The position numbers were made by a program, and so were the translations under genes. 64,000 nucleotides of DNA from Pristiophorus japonicus (lineage: Eukaryota): positions 166,904,001 to 166,968,000 of the forward strand of contig NC_091982.1 of NCBI RefSeq assembly GCF_044704955.1, in the 5' to 3' direction. The notes under the pieces were generated by a model that was not told where the DNA came from, searched no databases, and worked only from the letters and a program-made list of their open reading frames with translations. Below, piece by piece: positions 63,871-64,000 of this stretch (the first letter of the stretch is position 1; each line of letters starts with the position of its first letter).

Positions 63871-64000
63871 AGAAGAGAACCATTTCTTGCCGGGGGGTAT
63901 GTCTGTGGGCATGCTCCTCTGAAAAATGTTTAATGTTATTATTAAAATAATGCATTTTAGTTCATTTTAAACAATTTTGGGCCTCACAAATGATTGATTT

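Overview
This is eukaryotic DNA, most likely from a cartilaginous fish (inferred from the repeat families). I found one host coding exon: a 661-bp minus-strand exon (54413-55073) encoding the ligand-binding and sushi region of an EphA4-like receptor, probably epha4l/ek1. The rest reads as its introns, about 54 kb downstream and 9 kb upstream. They are filled with nested, decayed transposons: three Gypsy LTR elements, a solo LTR, a miniature LTR element, CR1, L2, RTE and Penelope retrotransposons, SINEs, a PIF/Harbinger element with related MITEs, hAT MITEs, and a Tc1/mariner-type MITE carrying a 2-kb GC-rich minisatellite. The most unusual signal is a ~250-bp polyadenylated insert (17125-17377) containing U2 snRNA modules in permuted order (Sm-like site, stem-loops III and IV, then the 5' stem-loop I piece) but no branch-point pairing sequence. 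Also notable: a young 405-bp inverted duplication with templated junction pieces, a stop codon plus poly(A) signal just past the Eph splice donor (a possible secreted decoy receptor), a likely developmental enhancer, and a Gypsy family that inserted twice at GTAC(T). Family names come from motif recognition by eye, not from database searches. Boundaries without a stated TSD or TIR are approximate.
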